In this document: piece after piece, positions 49,065-60,016 of the stretch | How the letters are laid out: the number at the start of each line of letters is the position of its first letter | How positions within the stretch are numbered: the stretch's first letter is position 1 | Assembly: GCA_000708835.1 (NCBI GenBank) | Contig: DF237172.1 | Location: 62,001 to 126,000, forward strand | DNA from: Klebsormidium nitens | Taxonomy: Eukaryota > Plantae > Klebsormidiophyceae | DNA length: 64,000 nucleotides | Reading direction: 5' to 3' | Position numbers and translations under genes: made by a program | The notes under the pieces: generated by a model | Database searches by the model: none | The model's input: only the letters and a program-made list of their open reading frames with translations | What the model was told of the DNA's origin: nothing

Positions 49065-52000
49065 ATGGAAGAACCTCAAGCTACTCCCCCCCAAGGCACC
49101 GTGCAGAACCAGTATGGGGAGGTTTTCACAGATGAATTCCAGGGCCCCGACACTTCCTCCCTGACCGCATTCCTGGTCTCGCTCCTTTCTTACACACCCG
49201 AACCCCCTGAGAGGCTCCGGCCCAGCCAGCCAGCCTCGCCCCGCTCCCCGGAAACCCCCCAAAGAAGGAGCTCTTTCAAAAAGACAGCTCTCGAATATGG
49301 GGAGCTTTCTCAAGGGGCGGGAACAACCGCACGGACGTCAGCTGAAAACCAGGAGCTCTACTCGCGGGTGCATGAAACGGCGGTCCGTGCGCACGAAGCG
49401 GTTGCACGCGCAGAGGAGGCCATCAGCACGAGCCGGGTGCGTCCTGACGGCCCAGGAGCCGCCTCTCAGGGGGGTCCCTCTGCCATGGAAACTACCCTCC
49501 TGGAAGAAGAATGTCCCACCCCCGCTGCTCGAGCGCACGAGGCGGCACTCCGAGCAAAGGCAACTGCGGCGAGAGCCGCACGAAGCGAGTCCCCGCCGGA
49601 AGAAACCGACTGGCAGGTCGTGAACGAGAAGGACGTCCCCAGCGGCACGGGGTTCTGGCACCCGTCTGAGATCGGGGCCCGTTCGCACCACCACATGCCG
49701 GGCAAGATCAAGACTGTGGCCCAGCTGGTGATACCGAGCAAGGTGGTCCCGAGGAGTGACATCGAGCCCCCGAAGAAAAGTCCGCTGCGGAAGCCGCCTG
49801 AGCTGTCAGAGCCATCGGTGATGCTGACGGAAGGGACACGCTCGCTGCTGTGCACGGCACTCCCGGCACTGGCCATGGGGCGGCAGTGGGTGCTTCTGTA
49901 CAGGTAAGAGGAGGGAGTGGTGAAGTGTTATCTTATGAGGGAGGGCTGACAAGGGGCTGGTTGCGGCAAGGAGCAGGAAGGCAATAGTGGTGGGCTCGTC
50001 TCTGCCTGTTGATGAGGGTTTCCAACCTGCAAATCGTTTTGCCAGGAGCATTTAGACAGTCAGTCAATGACGCCTGGATGATGTTTGTACCTCTACCCAA
50101 ATGGCAGATATCATTCGCTTCTTTTCCCTACAAGCTGCTGCGATGACTGGGATGCGCCTCGATTGTTCTCTGCTCGCAGTCAGCTGTTGCATTCCGCATG
50201 GTTCGACGTGTTTCCATGTGAATGTCACGACCTTTGTTGGCAATGAGCATTCACCCACGCATTTCAATGGGAGTTCACTACAGAGCAAGGGATGCCCCGC
50301 GCTTCATTACAATCTGAAACCAAGACTTCTCACTCCCGTGGCTTTCTTATGCAGCACTGAACGCCACGGCATCTCGCTCCACACCCTGTATAGAAACAGC
50401 ACCAACGATGGTGGAGCGACGCTGCTGGTGAGTGCAATCGGCCTGCCTGTGAAAATATGCGCTGAGACTGCAACGGTATTTCTGGTTCTCATTCTGTCGA
50501 CAAGAAGCAGCTTGCGTGGACAGCATGCAAAGGCTGCAACGTGCATTCTCCATGTTATTGCCTTATACAAGGATACGGCCTCCGCAATCAGACCAGTCTC
50601 GGGGGAGGCCCGTTGACCGGTTTCTGTACCCGTATTACTTTTTTGGTCACAAGAACGAAAGAAACGGGTCCCCTTCATATAAGAGCCACTGACTCGGTTG
50701 CGGAGGTGTCTTTTGATAGGTTTGTTGTCGACAAGACAGTTTGGGAGCTCATTTGCCGGGCTTGGAATCAATAAGTCACCTTCAGTGGATTACCTGAGCT
50801 GAGATGAACGAACTTGGTAACCGTACATCTCCCAGGGACCCGAAAATCTGCATGTACTGGCCCTGGAGGTGAGAGGCTAGAGATCTGAGCAGTGTCCACT
50901 CAACGCAGAACCTTATTTGCAACCCAGAAAAGCCAGTATCACTCGTGCATGACGTCACATGACCCCCTGCTCGCAGGTGGTCCAGGACAGTCACGGCGCA
51001 ATTTTCGGGGGCTTCTCGTCGCAGCCATACAACCCGTCCGTTCGTCACAAGTATCAGGGCGGTAATGACTCCTTCGTCTTCTCGGAGAAGAACGGGGAGG
51101 CGACCCTCTATCGCTCCACTGGTGAGACGCTCGTACCCTGCTGTTGGGAATGGAACTCTGGCTTTATCAGTACGTCCTGCTCTAAGACCAAGCTTCGAGC
51201 ACCACTTTCCCTCTTAACGATTTTCTGTGGTGATCGCACGGGCCTTAGTCTGTTCACTGCCTTGCGAGTGGGTCTTGTCAAACCTTTTCAGAGTCGTGAG
51301 TCTATTCTGCTGGTCGCTTTGCAAGCCCTTCGGGCAACTAATGAAACTTCAGAACTTAAGCGCGTTGCAAGCATGGGGTCAGGGCACTTCAAGTTCAGAC
51401 GACTGTGGTGCCGCAGAGCGCTTGTTCCCATCACATTCGTAAAGAGTGTAAAGTCAGTGGCCGTGCCCATTGCCACCACACACGCCAGGCTTTTCAGAGC
51501 GCTCTGTCCTTCTCTTGCCGCAGGCGAGAACCGCTACTTTTTGCTCTGCACCAACGAGGGCCTAGCGTTTGGAGGAGGCGACCACTTTGCTCTGAGGATC
51601 GACGAAGAACTGTGAGGCATCGCTGGCGCTTGAACCTGTTGTGCGGCTTTTTCGATGACGTCGTTTCGACAGCCAAGAAATATTGGCGAAATTCCTGTTG
51701 ATTGTTGTGGTGACAAAGGGCTCTGAGGCGCTGCACTTGTCGGAGAGATTTTGGAAGACGAGAATATTGAAGGAGAGGCAAAGCTGCGTTTGTCCAAGGG
51801 GTCCGTTTTTAGTATTGAGAGATTTGCTAGGCGGTGCATTCGGCTAGCGCCACTATAGGAGCCACTTCAATGTTGGATGCTAGTTCAAAAGGTGGTTGAA
51901 AAAAGCCTCACGATGATTCTCCCCTTCCAGGTTGCATGGGAGCAGCGGCCCCTGTGCGACGTTCGGCAGCCCTTGCCTGGCCCACAGCGAGGAGTTTGAC

Positions 52001-52325
52001 ATACGCTATGTCGAGGTGAGCTTTTTCAGCCATTGTCGACGTCCGGCCGCATATCATTGGCTGCATCCATGAGCTTTCTGCCAGTACGGTTGCTGCATCT
52101 GAAAAGAATCAGTATTCCATCCATGAATTTTGACCTTGGTTATTCAAAGAGCGAAGCGGCAATCCTGGCGATCGATTGCACTGACTGCTTTGCATGTGAT
52201 TGGTCGGTTTTGAGTTTTGGGCCTTGTCGCAGTGATGGACAGGATCCTGGTTTGTGACATTAGTCATCGTGCAATCGCAGGTTTGGGGCTTTGCGCACGT
52301 CAGAAGGCTCAGCACTCCAATCTAG
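49065..52325 (+). CDS. TLDc-domain (oxidation resistance OXR/TLDC-like) protein, 6 exons
   Basis: Exons 49065-49903, 50355-50427, 50977-51121, 51524-51611, 51931-52015, 52281-52325. Motifs WVLLYSTERHGISLHTLYR, LVVQDSHGAIFGGF, TGENRYF, LAFGGGDHFALRIDEELLHGSSGPCATFGSPCL, EVWGF. Confidence 0.92.
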
Positions 52326-54028
52326 AAAGCACTTGCCGGGGCCACGATCCATGTACAGTAAACCAAAAGGCCGCACTTTACTGCAGAGGAAATACCTCCT
52401 TACTCCGCTTCAGTTTAGATTGTTGTAATGTTGACGCCTGCCGGAGAGTTCGGCGGCGCATGAGAGAGCGTCACGTCCGCAACCTGGATGTGCCGATCCG
52501 TGTACATGTTGGTTGTGCTTACTGATTTGTTGCCGAGCTTTTATAAGGACGGTCGTGACATGCTTGCGGCCTGTCAAAGTTTTCTTAGTCTTCCTCCTTC
52601 AGCCACGCATAAGTGGTGCTCAAACGTTTGCATTGATACGATAGTACGGTGCAACGAGTCACGTAGTATATCCTGCCGAACCGATACAATTGTAAGACTA
52701 GTGCATATATGCCAGTTGTACGTTCGTCCGCCAACTGGGTGGTTACCTGCAGCGGTCTCAGTTGGCAGATAGGACAGGATTGGGCGCGAGCTCCATGCCG
52801 TGCATGCGATCAGGCCGGCTCTACCAATGTGAAGCATAAGAGCTCGCTTTATACTGATATACATGTGCTGCGCAGGGTACTAAAAGTCGTAAAATCGATC
52901 ATGGATGATCGGATCTGATCGCGGGGATCGTCTATATCTGAGATGCCGTGTGCACATCACAATGATGACCTATATTGCTGCCATGTGCCATCGTCTAATG
53001 CTGCGCAAGCGTCTTCCACCATCAAATCAGTGCTAGCGATGCACAGATATCCGTTCTCCGAATTGGCTTCATGCATATTGCAGGACCCGCAGCGCGGCGC
53101 CTGATAACTTGTCAGCGCCCTTGATTGCACCACCGCGTGCAACTGCAGCACAATGAGGCGGCGCATATACAGATGAAACCGGCCTCGATAAGAACGATGT
53201 GTGAGGCCTGCAGGAAAGTCATTACCGTGGGCTGCCATTTTGCGAACCTATGCCGTGATGCCACTTGATTGGACCATCGAATAACCTGGTTCAAAAAGGG
53301 TAGAACCGTTCAGTCCTTCAGTCAAGCTGTTCTGCAAGCTTCTTTGAAGCTCGCATAGGTCTTGCGCCGACCGGCCCGTCCTTGTGAAGGACAGATCGGA
53401 AGTCTCGTTCTTTACTGTCACCGGCCATCCAGCGGCCAAGCTTTTCGCGGTTTTTTGTTGAGCAGAAGTCCACCCAAGCCGGTTTTGCGAATTGGACGAG
53501 CCCACGATGCAAAGTAGCTTCTTTGGACTGTGGCGGCTGTCTCGCTCTCAAAGTAAGATCGAGGGTCTTGCCACTAAGAGAGCGAGCCCGGCAGGCTTGA
53601 GCATCAAATATAAGGCCATTCGACTTGCTGGATTCAGCGCAGATTCGCATCTGTGCAGCTTCGGTGGATTTTCGATTCCAACCGATCCTTTATTCATATG
53701 TTGATGGGCTTACACGCAGGGTTTTCAGCCTGCTTTTGCGACAATGGTGTAGGGTTTTCGCTTTTAGCTATTCTTATCCGGATTTCTCGGTTGCCATTTC
53801 CAATACCGCAGACCGAAATACCGAAAAGAACCCACTTTGAACGGATGGCTTCTTCCACAGGCTGCCTCAATCCCCAAATCAATCCTGCGCGCTTGTGACA
53901 CGAATTTGACAAGCAATTGGTTGCTCCGCAGCCGGCATGGTCGAGCAAAGTTTCAAAATTCCGCTCAAGCAAACTTTACCAGTACAGAACCCAATGTAGA
54001 GTATCAGTTCGTGACGAAGGAGATTATG

Positions 54029-54108
54029 CCCGGGGACCGGGTGGGTCAGGGTTGGGGTTACGTTGGGTACGGGTGCGGAGCCGGCAGATTTTGGGATTCG
54101 GGTTTGCG
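54029..54108 (+). repeat. G-tract dispersed element, copy G
   Basis: cccggggaccgggtgggtcagggttggggttacgttgggtacgggtgcggagccggcagattttgggattcggg. Confidence 0.75.
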
Positions 54109-54926
54109 TGTTGAGTGCGCGGTAGATCATCCTGACCTTATCCAATTCTGATGATGTACATAACAAGGTGGCCAGACTGGCTTCGAACCTGGCTCTGACG
54201 AACAGACTTCAAGACGGTGCATGGAACCCGTGTCTTGAGACTCGTGACAATCCGCTCGATGGGTCGAAGTTTGCATCGATCAGTTCGGCTTGCACGACTG
54301 TCCTGCTCGAGCATGCTGCCAAAACCCGTTTCAAGAATGGCGTCACTTTCTTGTCGCGTGCTTGTCAAAGAGGACCAAATGAGCAAAGCATCTGTCAGGA
54401 AGCACATGAACTTCAGAGACGCACTGGAAAGGTCGGCCTGTTCTGACATTAGCATGTACCGTTGCACATGCCGCCCTCAATTCCCGCTCCTTACTTCAGG
54501 GAAGATGCACTAGGACTATGCGCAGTCTTTGACTGGTTCGTTGGAAGACCAGAAACAACTCTAATAAACGCATGCTCCTCGGCGTCATTATCCAGGCTTC
54601 ACCTGAGAGGCTTACCGTAGTCGCAAACCGTTCCTTCGATCCATTCTTTCTGCTCCCTTCAACATTCAGTAGAGAAACCTCAGGGCGGTTTGCAGGTTGC
54701 ATAGGTTGCCGCAAGTTGCTCCAATCACCCTCTTTCTCCCTCGAACAACCCCTTCCTCCTTTCGAAGTTGGTCTGCTGCTGTTGCATGTAAGGTAAACCC
54801 CCTGATTAGCAGGGTCCCCAATTCCTTGGTTAACAATCCATTCTCGGGCTCTTCGAACGCCCCCCTCCGTGTCTTCCCAGGCGCCTTTTTCAAACCCCCC
54901 TAGAGTTGGCAAACAGCAAGGAAGAG

Positions 54927-57900
54927 ATGGAAATTGGCGGTCCGCGCTACTTGGGCGATCCAAGCCTCGGGGACCTCGACGCGCACAGCCTCTCGCAGGC
55001 CTTCCACCGCATGCGCATCCAGCAGCAGGTGGCGCTCCAAACCGAGCGCATCCTGGCCCTGAGAACTCCCCCCGGGGGGATCTCCAGGGCAGATTACGCG
55101 GGCTGGGAGACGCCCTCGCCGCCGCACACACCGATCGGGGGATTTCACCGGGCGGAAAGTCCTGTCTCACCGTTTGTGAAGAGTCTTGGAATGGGAGGAG
55201 GGAGCACTTCGCCTCGCTCTGTGGTGGACGCGCATGTTGCGGAGGCGTATAAGAAGCTGTTTGGGGAGGAGCCTTTCGGCAGGGACGTCGCCAGTCCGGG
55301 GATTCGCGGGAGAAGCGCGCCAGGTGGGTTTGATCTTCATCTTTCTTCAGGCCTGTGAGTGGAGGGGCTGATAGCATTGCTAGGCAGGTGGACTGGGGTA
55401 AATGTTCTTGGGATTATTTGCGTTATTGTGAGTTCCTCTGTAGGCTGTTTGCTATTTGGTGTGAGGAGAGAAACAGATAGAGATTGGTTTTGTGAAGGTT
55501 TGTCGATTGGTGGATTCAGCGACGGAGGCATTCTGAGTTGGCTTCTCAATAAAGTATGCCAAGAAACACCAGAGTTGTCATAAAAGCTGCTAGGGTTGAT
55601 CTGTGTTCGAAGTAGAAAATGTTAGGCCAAGTGCCCGGTTTTAAGAGCAGTAGGGAATCACGATTATCAGTCTGTCCAATCATGGAGTCTGTAACATCAT
55701 CGGTCTCAAGATCTTCTTCCGTTGTATGTTTTACTCATTGAAGCGAGGTTCACAATCAGACAAGATGGGGGGCTTGTGATGCTAGAGAACAGGGACAAGG
55801 GGTAGTTCATAAATCCTCTGCTATCTGTTATTTACTCTCTAGTCACGAGGACAATTTAGCAATCAGGCTGAACATCCTGAATAATCCAAAGCAGCATTCC
55901 GCTTCATTGAATCATTCACTTCTACGACTGGACTCTCTCCCTTCCTCAACCTTTGCAATCAATTGTCTTCCCTCACCAGATGAGATAATATTTGAACTTG
56001 CGAAAAAGAATTTCCCGCAAAATTTGCTGATCTGTTTTGTTTCGAGGTCATTATGCAAATTCTGCAAATGTGTCTTTAGACAATTGTGCCGTTTCAAAGT
56101 TATGGCATTCTTGTGAAAGCATAGAAAGGGTTTCTTGGTAGGCGGGAGGATACCGTATCCTCAAATCTGCGGAGGCGGCTTTGTTAAGTTTAGACCCAGA
56201 ATGTCTTCTTATTGCTTGTCTGAAACCCAGTTACGATACAACCTCTCCTTTCGAAAAACCCCTTCCTCTCTGCTTTTCAAGTCTCTGAATCAGGAGGGAT
56301 TCTCAAGTTCAATCTTTTCGAATCAAGCGCTCCTAAGCTGCGTGGTTGATCCTGCTGTCGCGAACCTGAGGAATCAATCCAGAAGACCGAATGTGGAATA
56401 CATTGGTACTTGATCCCGATATCAAGGAGTCTGGTTTCGACCGCCCGTCTTGAATTGTGGACATAGCAACAACGCTGAAGCTGCGAAGTACAGCAAGCAT
56501 CAATTCAGCCATCTTTGATGTTCGTTGGTTCCATCATCTTTCAATGATCTTTTCATGTCTCCTCGTTTCGATAGCCGTTCTTGATCGCAAAAGAATTTCG
56601 TCCAACTTCTCTCGAATGCAACCGTTACACTTCTTCGTGAACCCGCGTCTACAGATTTTGTCAACCTCTTCCGGTATCGTGTAACCCCTCGTCTTTCGAA
56701 AGTCTCCTATCAACTAGCCTCTGCTTATACCCCCTGCTCATCTCGTATACTCACCTCGTATTCATACGCCCGCAGGTCCCACCGATGCCGTCCCCAGCCT
56801 GTCTCTGCCCCCGGCGCAAGTCGACCTGTTCCTCCACAACCAGCTGATTCTGCGCGAGCTGCTGCTGCGCGACCCCGCGCGCGCGGCCGCGCTCCTGGGC
56901 GGCCTCGGCTCGCCCAAACCCTCAACCCCTGGGACGCCACGTGGGCTGGATGCCGCCGGCAAGCTGGGGCAGCCGCAGGCGCAGAACAGTTTGTACAAGA
57001 CGGAGCTGTGCCGGTCATGGGAGGAGACCGGGGCGTGCCGCTACGGGGCCAAGTGCCAGGTATGAAGAACACCGGGCGATTTGGACGCTTTCTGTCTGGT
57101 TTGACTCCGTTTTTATATTTGGTGCGGAGCTTCGAAGGCGGCGCGAGTTGAGGGGGGAAATTGCGAAAGGAGAGCGGTGCTTGCCGCTACGGGGCCAAGT
57201 GCCAGGCGAGAGGGCGACCGGGGGAGTCAACGGAGGGGGAAGTTTGTCGCCCGCTTGAGGGGTTCTGCGTTTGGCATGACGCCTCGTCAGATTCGAGAAG
57301 TTTCAAGGCGAGTTGAACGCTTTCTGTCTGGTTGAGTCCGTTTCACTTTTCTGTGCGGAGCTTCGAAGGTGGCGCGAGTTGAGGGGGCGAGTTCTCGAAT
57401 GGTCTTCGATAGGTTAGGGGGTGCTGCTCTGACCGTCGATTCCGACTGACTTGCCCTCCTTGATTGGAACAGTAATTCGATTGAAACACCGGAAACGTAG
57501 CCATTCCCGTTCGCTTTAAGCGCAGACTGAAAATGCCTGCAGTCCTACACAGGCCTTGTGATTCCCTATGTTATGATTGAATTTCAAAACGGCGGCTGGA
57601 TCGCTGCAACAAACGCCTTTGTTCAGAGTCCGCGGCTTCTTTTAGATGAATGAAACTTCATCCACTTGCTCAGAAAAGTCTCCAATCTGGTTCTTCGGCA
57701 TATTGAGTCTGTCCATCAACATCGACCCGGGAGTTCTAAACTTTGGGTTTGTGTGCAGTTTGCGCATGGCAGGGAGGAGCTTCGCGAGATTCAGAGGCAC
57801 CCCAAATACAAGACCGAGGTGAGAAACTCGAACGCTGTTTAGGTGGTCATATTCAGCTACTGACGAACCAAGTGGAACCTTTCAGAGATGGTGGAGGCTG

Positions 57901-58335
57901 TCTCCCCTCCTCTTTGCTGTCTCCAAACAGATCAAGTGTCGGTTGGAAATGAGCGATTGGATGCGAGACTTCGGAGCAATCGTGGGCCCTTTTGCAGAAA
58001 TGTTGGATCTTCCTGCTGTTAGCCACTCTTGACGATACGAAACCTTTTGGACGCTCTTCTGCTCGACAGCTGGTTCCCTCTTTAAAATCAACCTTCGCTT
58101 CGCCGGCTGACGTCACCTTGTGCGCGCGCCGCAGATCTGCCGCACGTTCAGCACCAACGGCACGTGCCCCTACGGCACCCGCTGCCGCTTCATCCACGGC
58201 TCCGCCCCCCCGAAAAAGGACGCGCCGCTCGCGCGCAGTTCTTCGGGCGGCAGACGGTTGCCCATCTTCGCGACCCTCGCGCCCGAGGCCGCGGCCGCGG
58301 CCGCGGCTGCGGCGGCTGCGCCCATCAGGGGCTAA
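54927..58335 (+). CDS. Tristetraprolin (ZFP36/TIS11)-type tandem CCCH zinc-finger RNA-binding protein, 4 exons
   Basis: Exons 54927-55323, 56776-57059, 57759-57818, 58135-58335. LYKTELCRSWEETGACRYGAKCQ|FAHGREELREIQRHPKYKTE|ICRTFSTNGTCPYGTRCRFIH, and RRLPIFATL near the C-terminus. Confidence 0.92.
57036..57395 (+). repeat. Donor-side splice-junction echo, CCCH gene intron 2
   Basis: The 25 bp TGCCGCTACGGGGCCAAGTGCCAGG is identical at 57036 and 57182; intron segment ~57085-57160 is repeated at ~57316-57390. Confidence 0.85.
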
Positions 58336-60016
58336 ACCCTTAAACCCCGAACCGTCAGAAGGAGTGGTTGAGTGGACCTCCTGACGCTCAAGGGGACGTT
58401 GGCTGGAACGTTGACAGGAGGAGGTACTTGCGAAAGGGTTTGGTAGTTGTCAGGCAGGGTCAAGGACAGGGTTAAGAAGTGTTAAAGACAAGGTTAAATA
58501 AAAGCCGGAGTAGAAAGCCGGGAGTTGGAGACGCGACTCGGTTGTCAGGCGTTGCCGGGGACGTTTTGCCAGGGCCGTCGAAGCGGGCCGTGGACGCTTT
58601 GGCTGTAAAGGGTTTCGACGGGGCCCCTCCCGGGGAGGCCTGGGTCTCCAGTTTTGAGGAGGCCGTAGATATGCAAATAAGGGGCAGACGCTCCTTTCCA
58701 GTTGCTTTCTTTATTGGACAAAGAGGGGGGATGAGTGCGGTCTGCGCGCTCGAGGGTCGGAAAGTGCTTCTGAGCTTGTACTAGGGAAATACGCACTTCG
58801 CGAGTGAACGATTGTCGGTCTGACGTCGCAATACGTGATGGGAATCAATCCGCTGCAGACGTGTACGTAAAAAGATTCGGTCGGAAGGAGTATGGTGGTT
58901 ATGGTATTTGTATTTGGTTATAGTAATGACCAGAAAGTGTGTGTCCCGTATAAGGGAATCCCGTCCCGTGCCGTAAGGCAAAACTCTAACGCAGCCAGTA
59001 GATGGACTGCTGGGGGGCCGTTATACGTAGGTAGATCAGGTGTCGTGGCCGGCAAGATACTAGGACTCTGGTGGGCAGTCAATCTTATTAACCAAAGCTT
59101 TGCGTACTTCTTCAAATTCAGTTCTTTGTCAGAAGCTGATTCATTACAACCGAGCCCGACATGCATGGCTTACTTCAGAAAGTTCATACGGTACTTTCTA
59201 TAGCTGGATGCAGTGTGAGTCAACAACATAGTGATACCTGGATTCCTACGGTCGAAGTTACATACAATGTTGTGGACTGAATCAGTGCGCGGTCAATTTT
59301 TTTCCGCAGGAGTGCATCCGTCTTTGCATCCACTCACGATGCACGCAACTTAAATTGGGCGGAGACAACGCATACATGCTTCTGCCACATGGTAACATGT
59401 AGTTTGCCCCAACCGCGTCGGGGGATCCGGCCTCAAAACGGGAATGCGCCCAGCGCAAAGAAGTTCGCGAAACATGCGGGCTATAGCATGCACCGGCCCC
59501 TAGCTGCACATGTGCTTGCATGACGGTGGCAGCCTCGGAGACTCATACAGGCTTACGAAGCAACATGCAAATACTCTAGCTGTGAACAAGCTTTGGCGTA
59601 AGTACACTTAATCCTTACAGTCGACACAATCAGGAAACCGGGACCTGCATTCGAGCAATGATTATATTGCCACTCTGAGGGCAGATGTGGTGGTTGGAAT
59701 CGGTCGCGTTGACTCACCGGCTGGATAGCGCCCACCAGTCTGCCAGCAGACGCAGGCATACAGATATCGATACACCGTACATATGCACACAGTTGCGAAG
59801 AACCATTTTTCATTTAGGCCACATTCGAGTAGATGTAGCAAAACCTCATACGTCCACATCCATTGAACACATCAAGGCATGATCCAGTGTCTTTACTCGG
59901 TACTGCCAGCCAGGCAGGCACAGGGTATGGCACACAGATTTTTTATTTTTTATTTTTTACGCATATTCCCTTCAAGGATGTCCGAGCTGTTTCTGCCTGG
60001 TCCGCTTGACCCGACG

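Noticed and set aside
53112-53650. Protein-like minus-strand ORF (LDLTLRARQPPQSKEATLHRGLVQFAKPAWVDF...)
   Set aside because: No family I can recognise, no supporting splice structure, and a non-ATG start. A TBLASTX search would be needed to call it a TE or gene relic.
58100-58115. TGACGTCA palindromes before acceptors (also ~50950) as bZIP sites
   Set aside because: They lie 20-30 nt upstream of the AG and are better explained as CTGAC/TGAC branch points.
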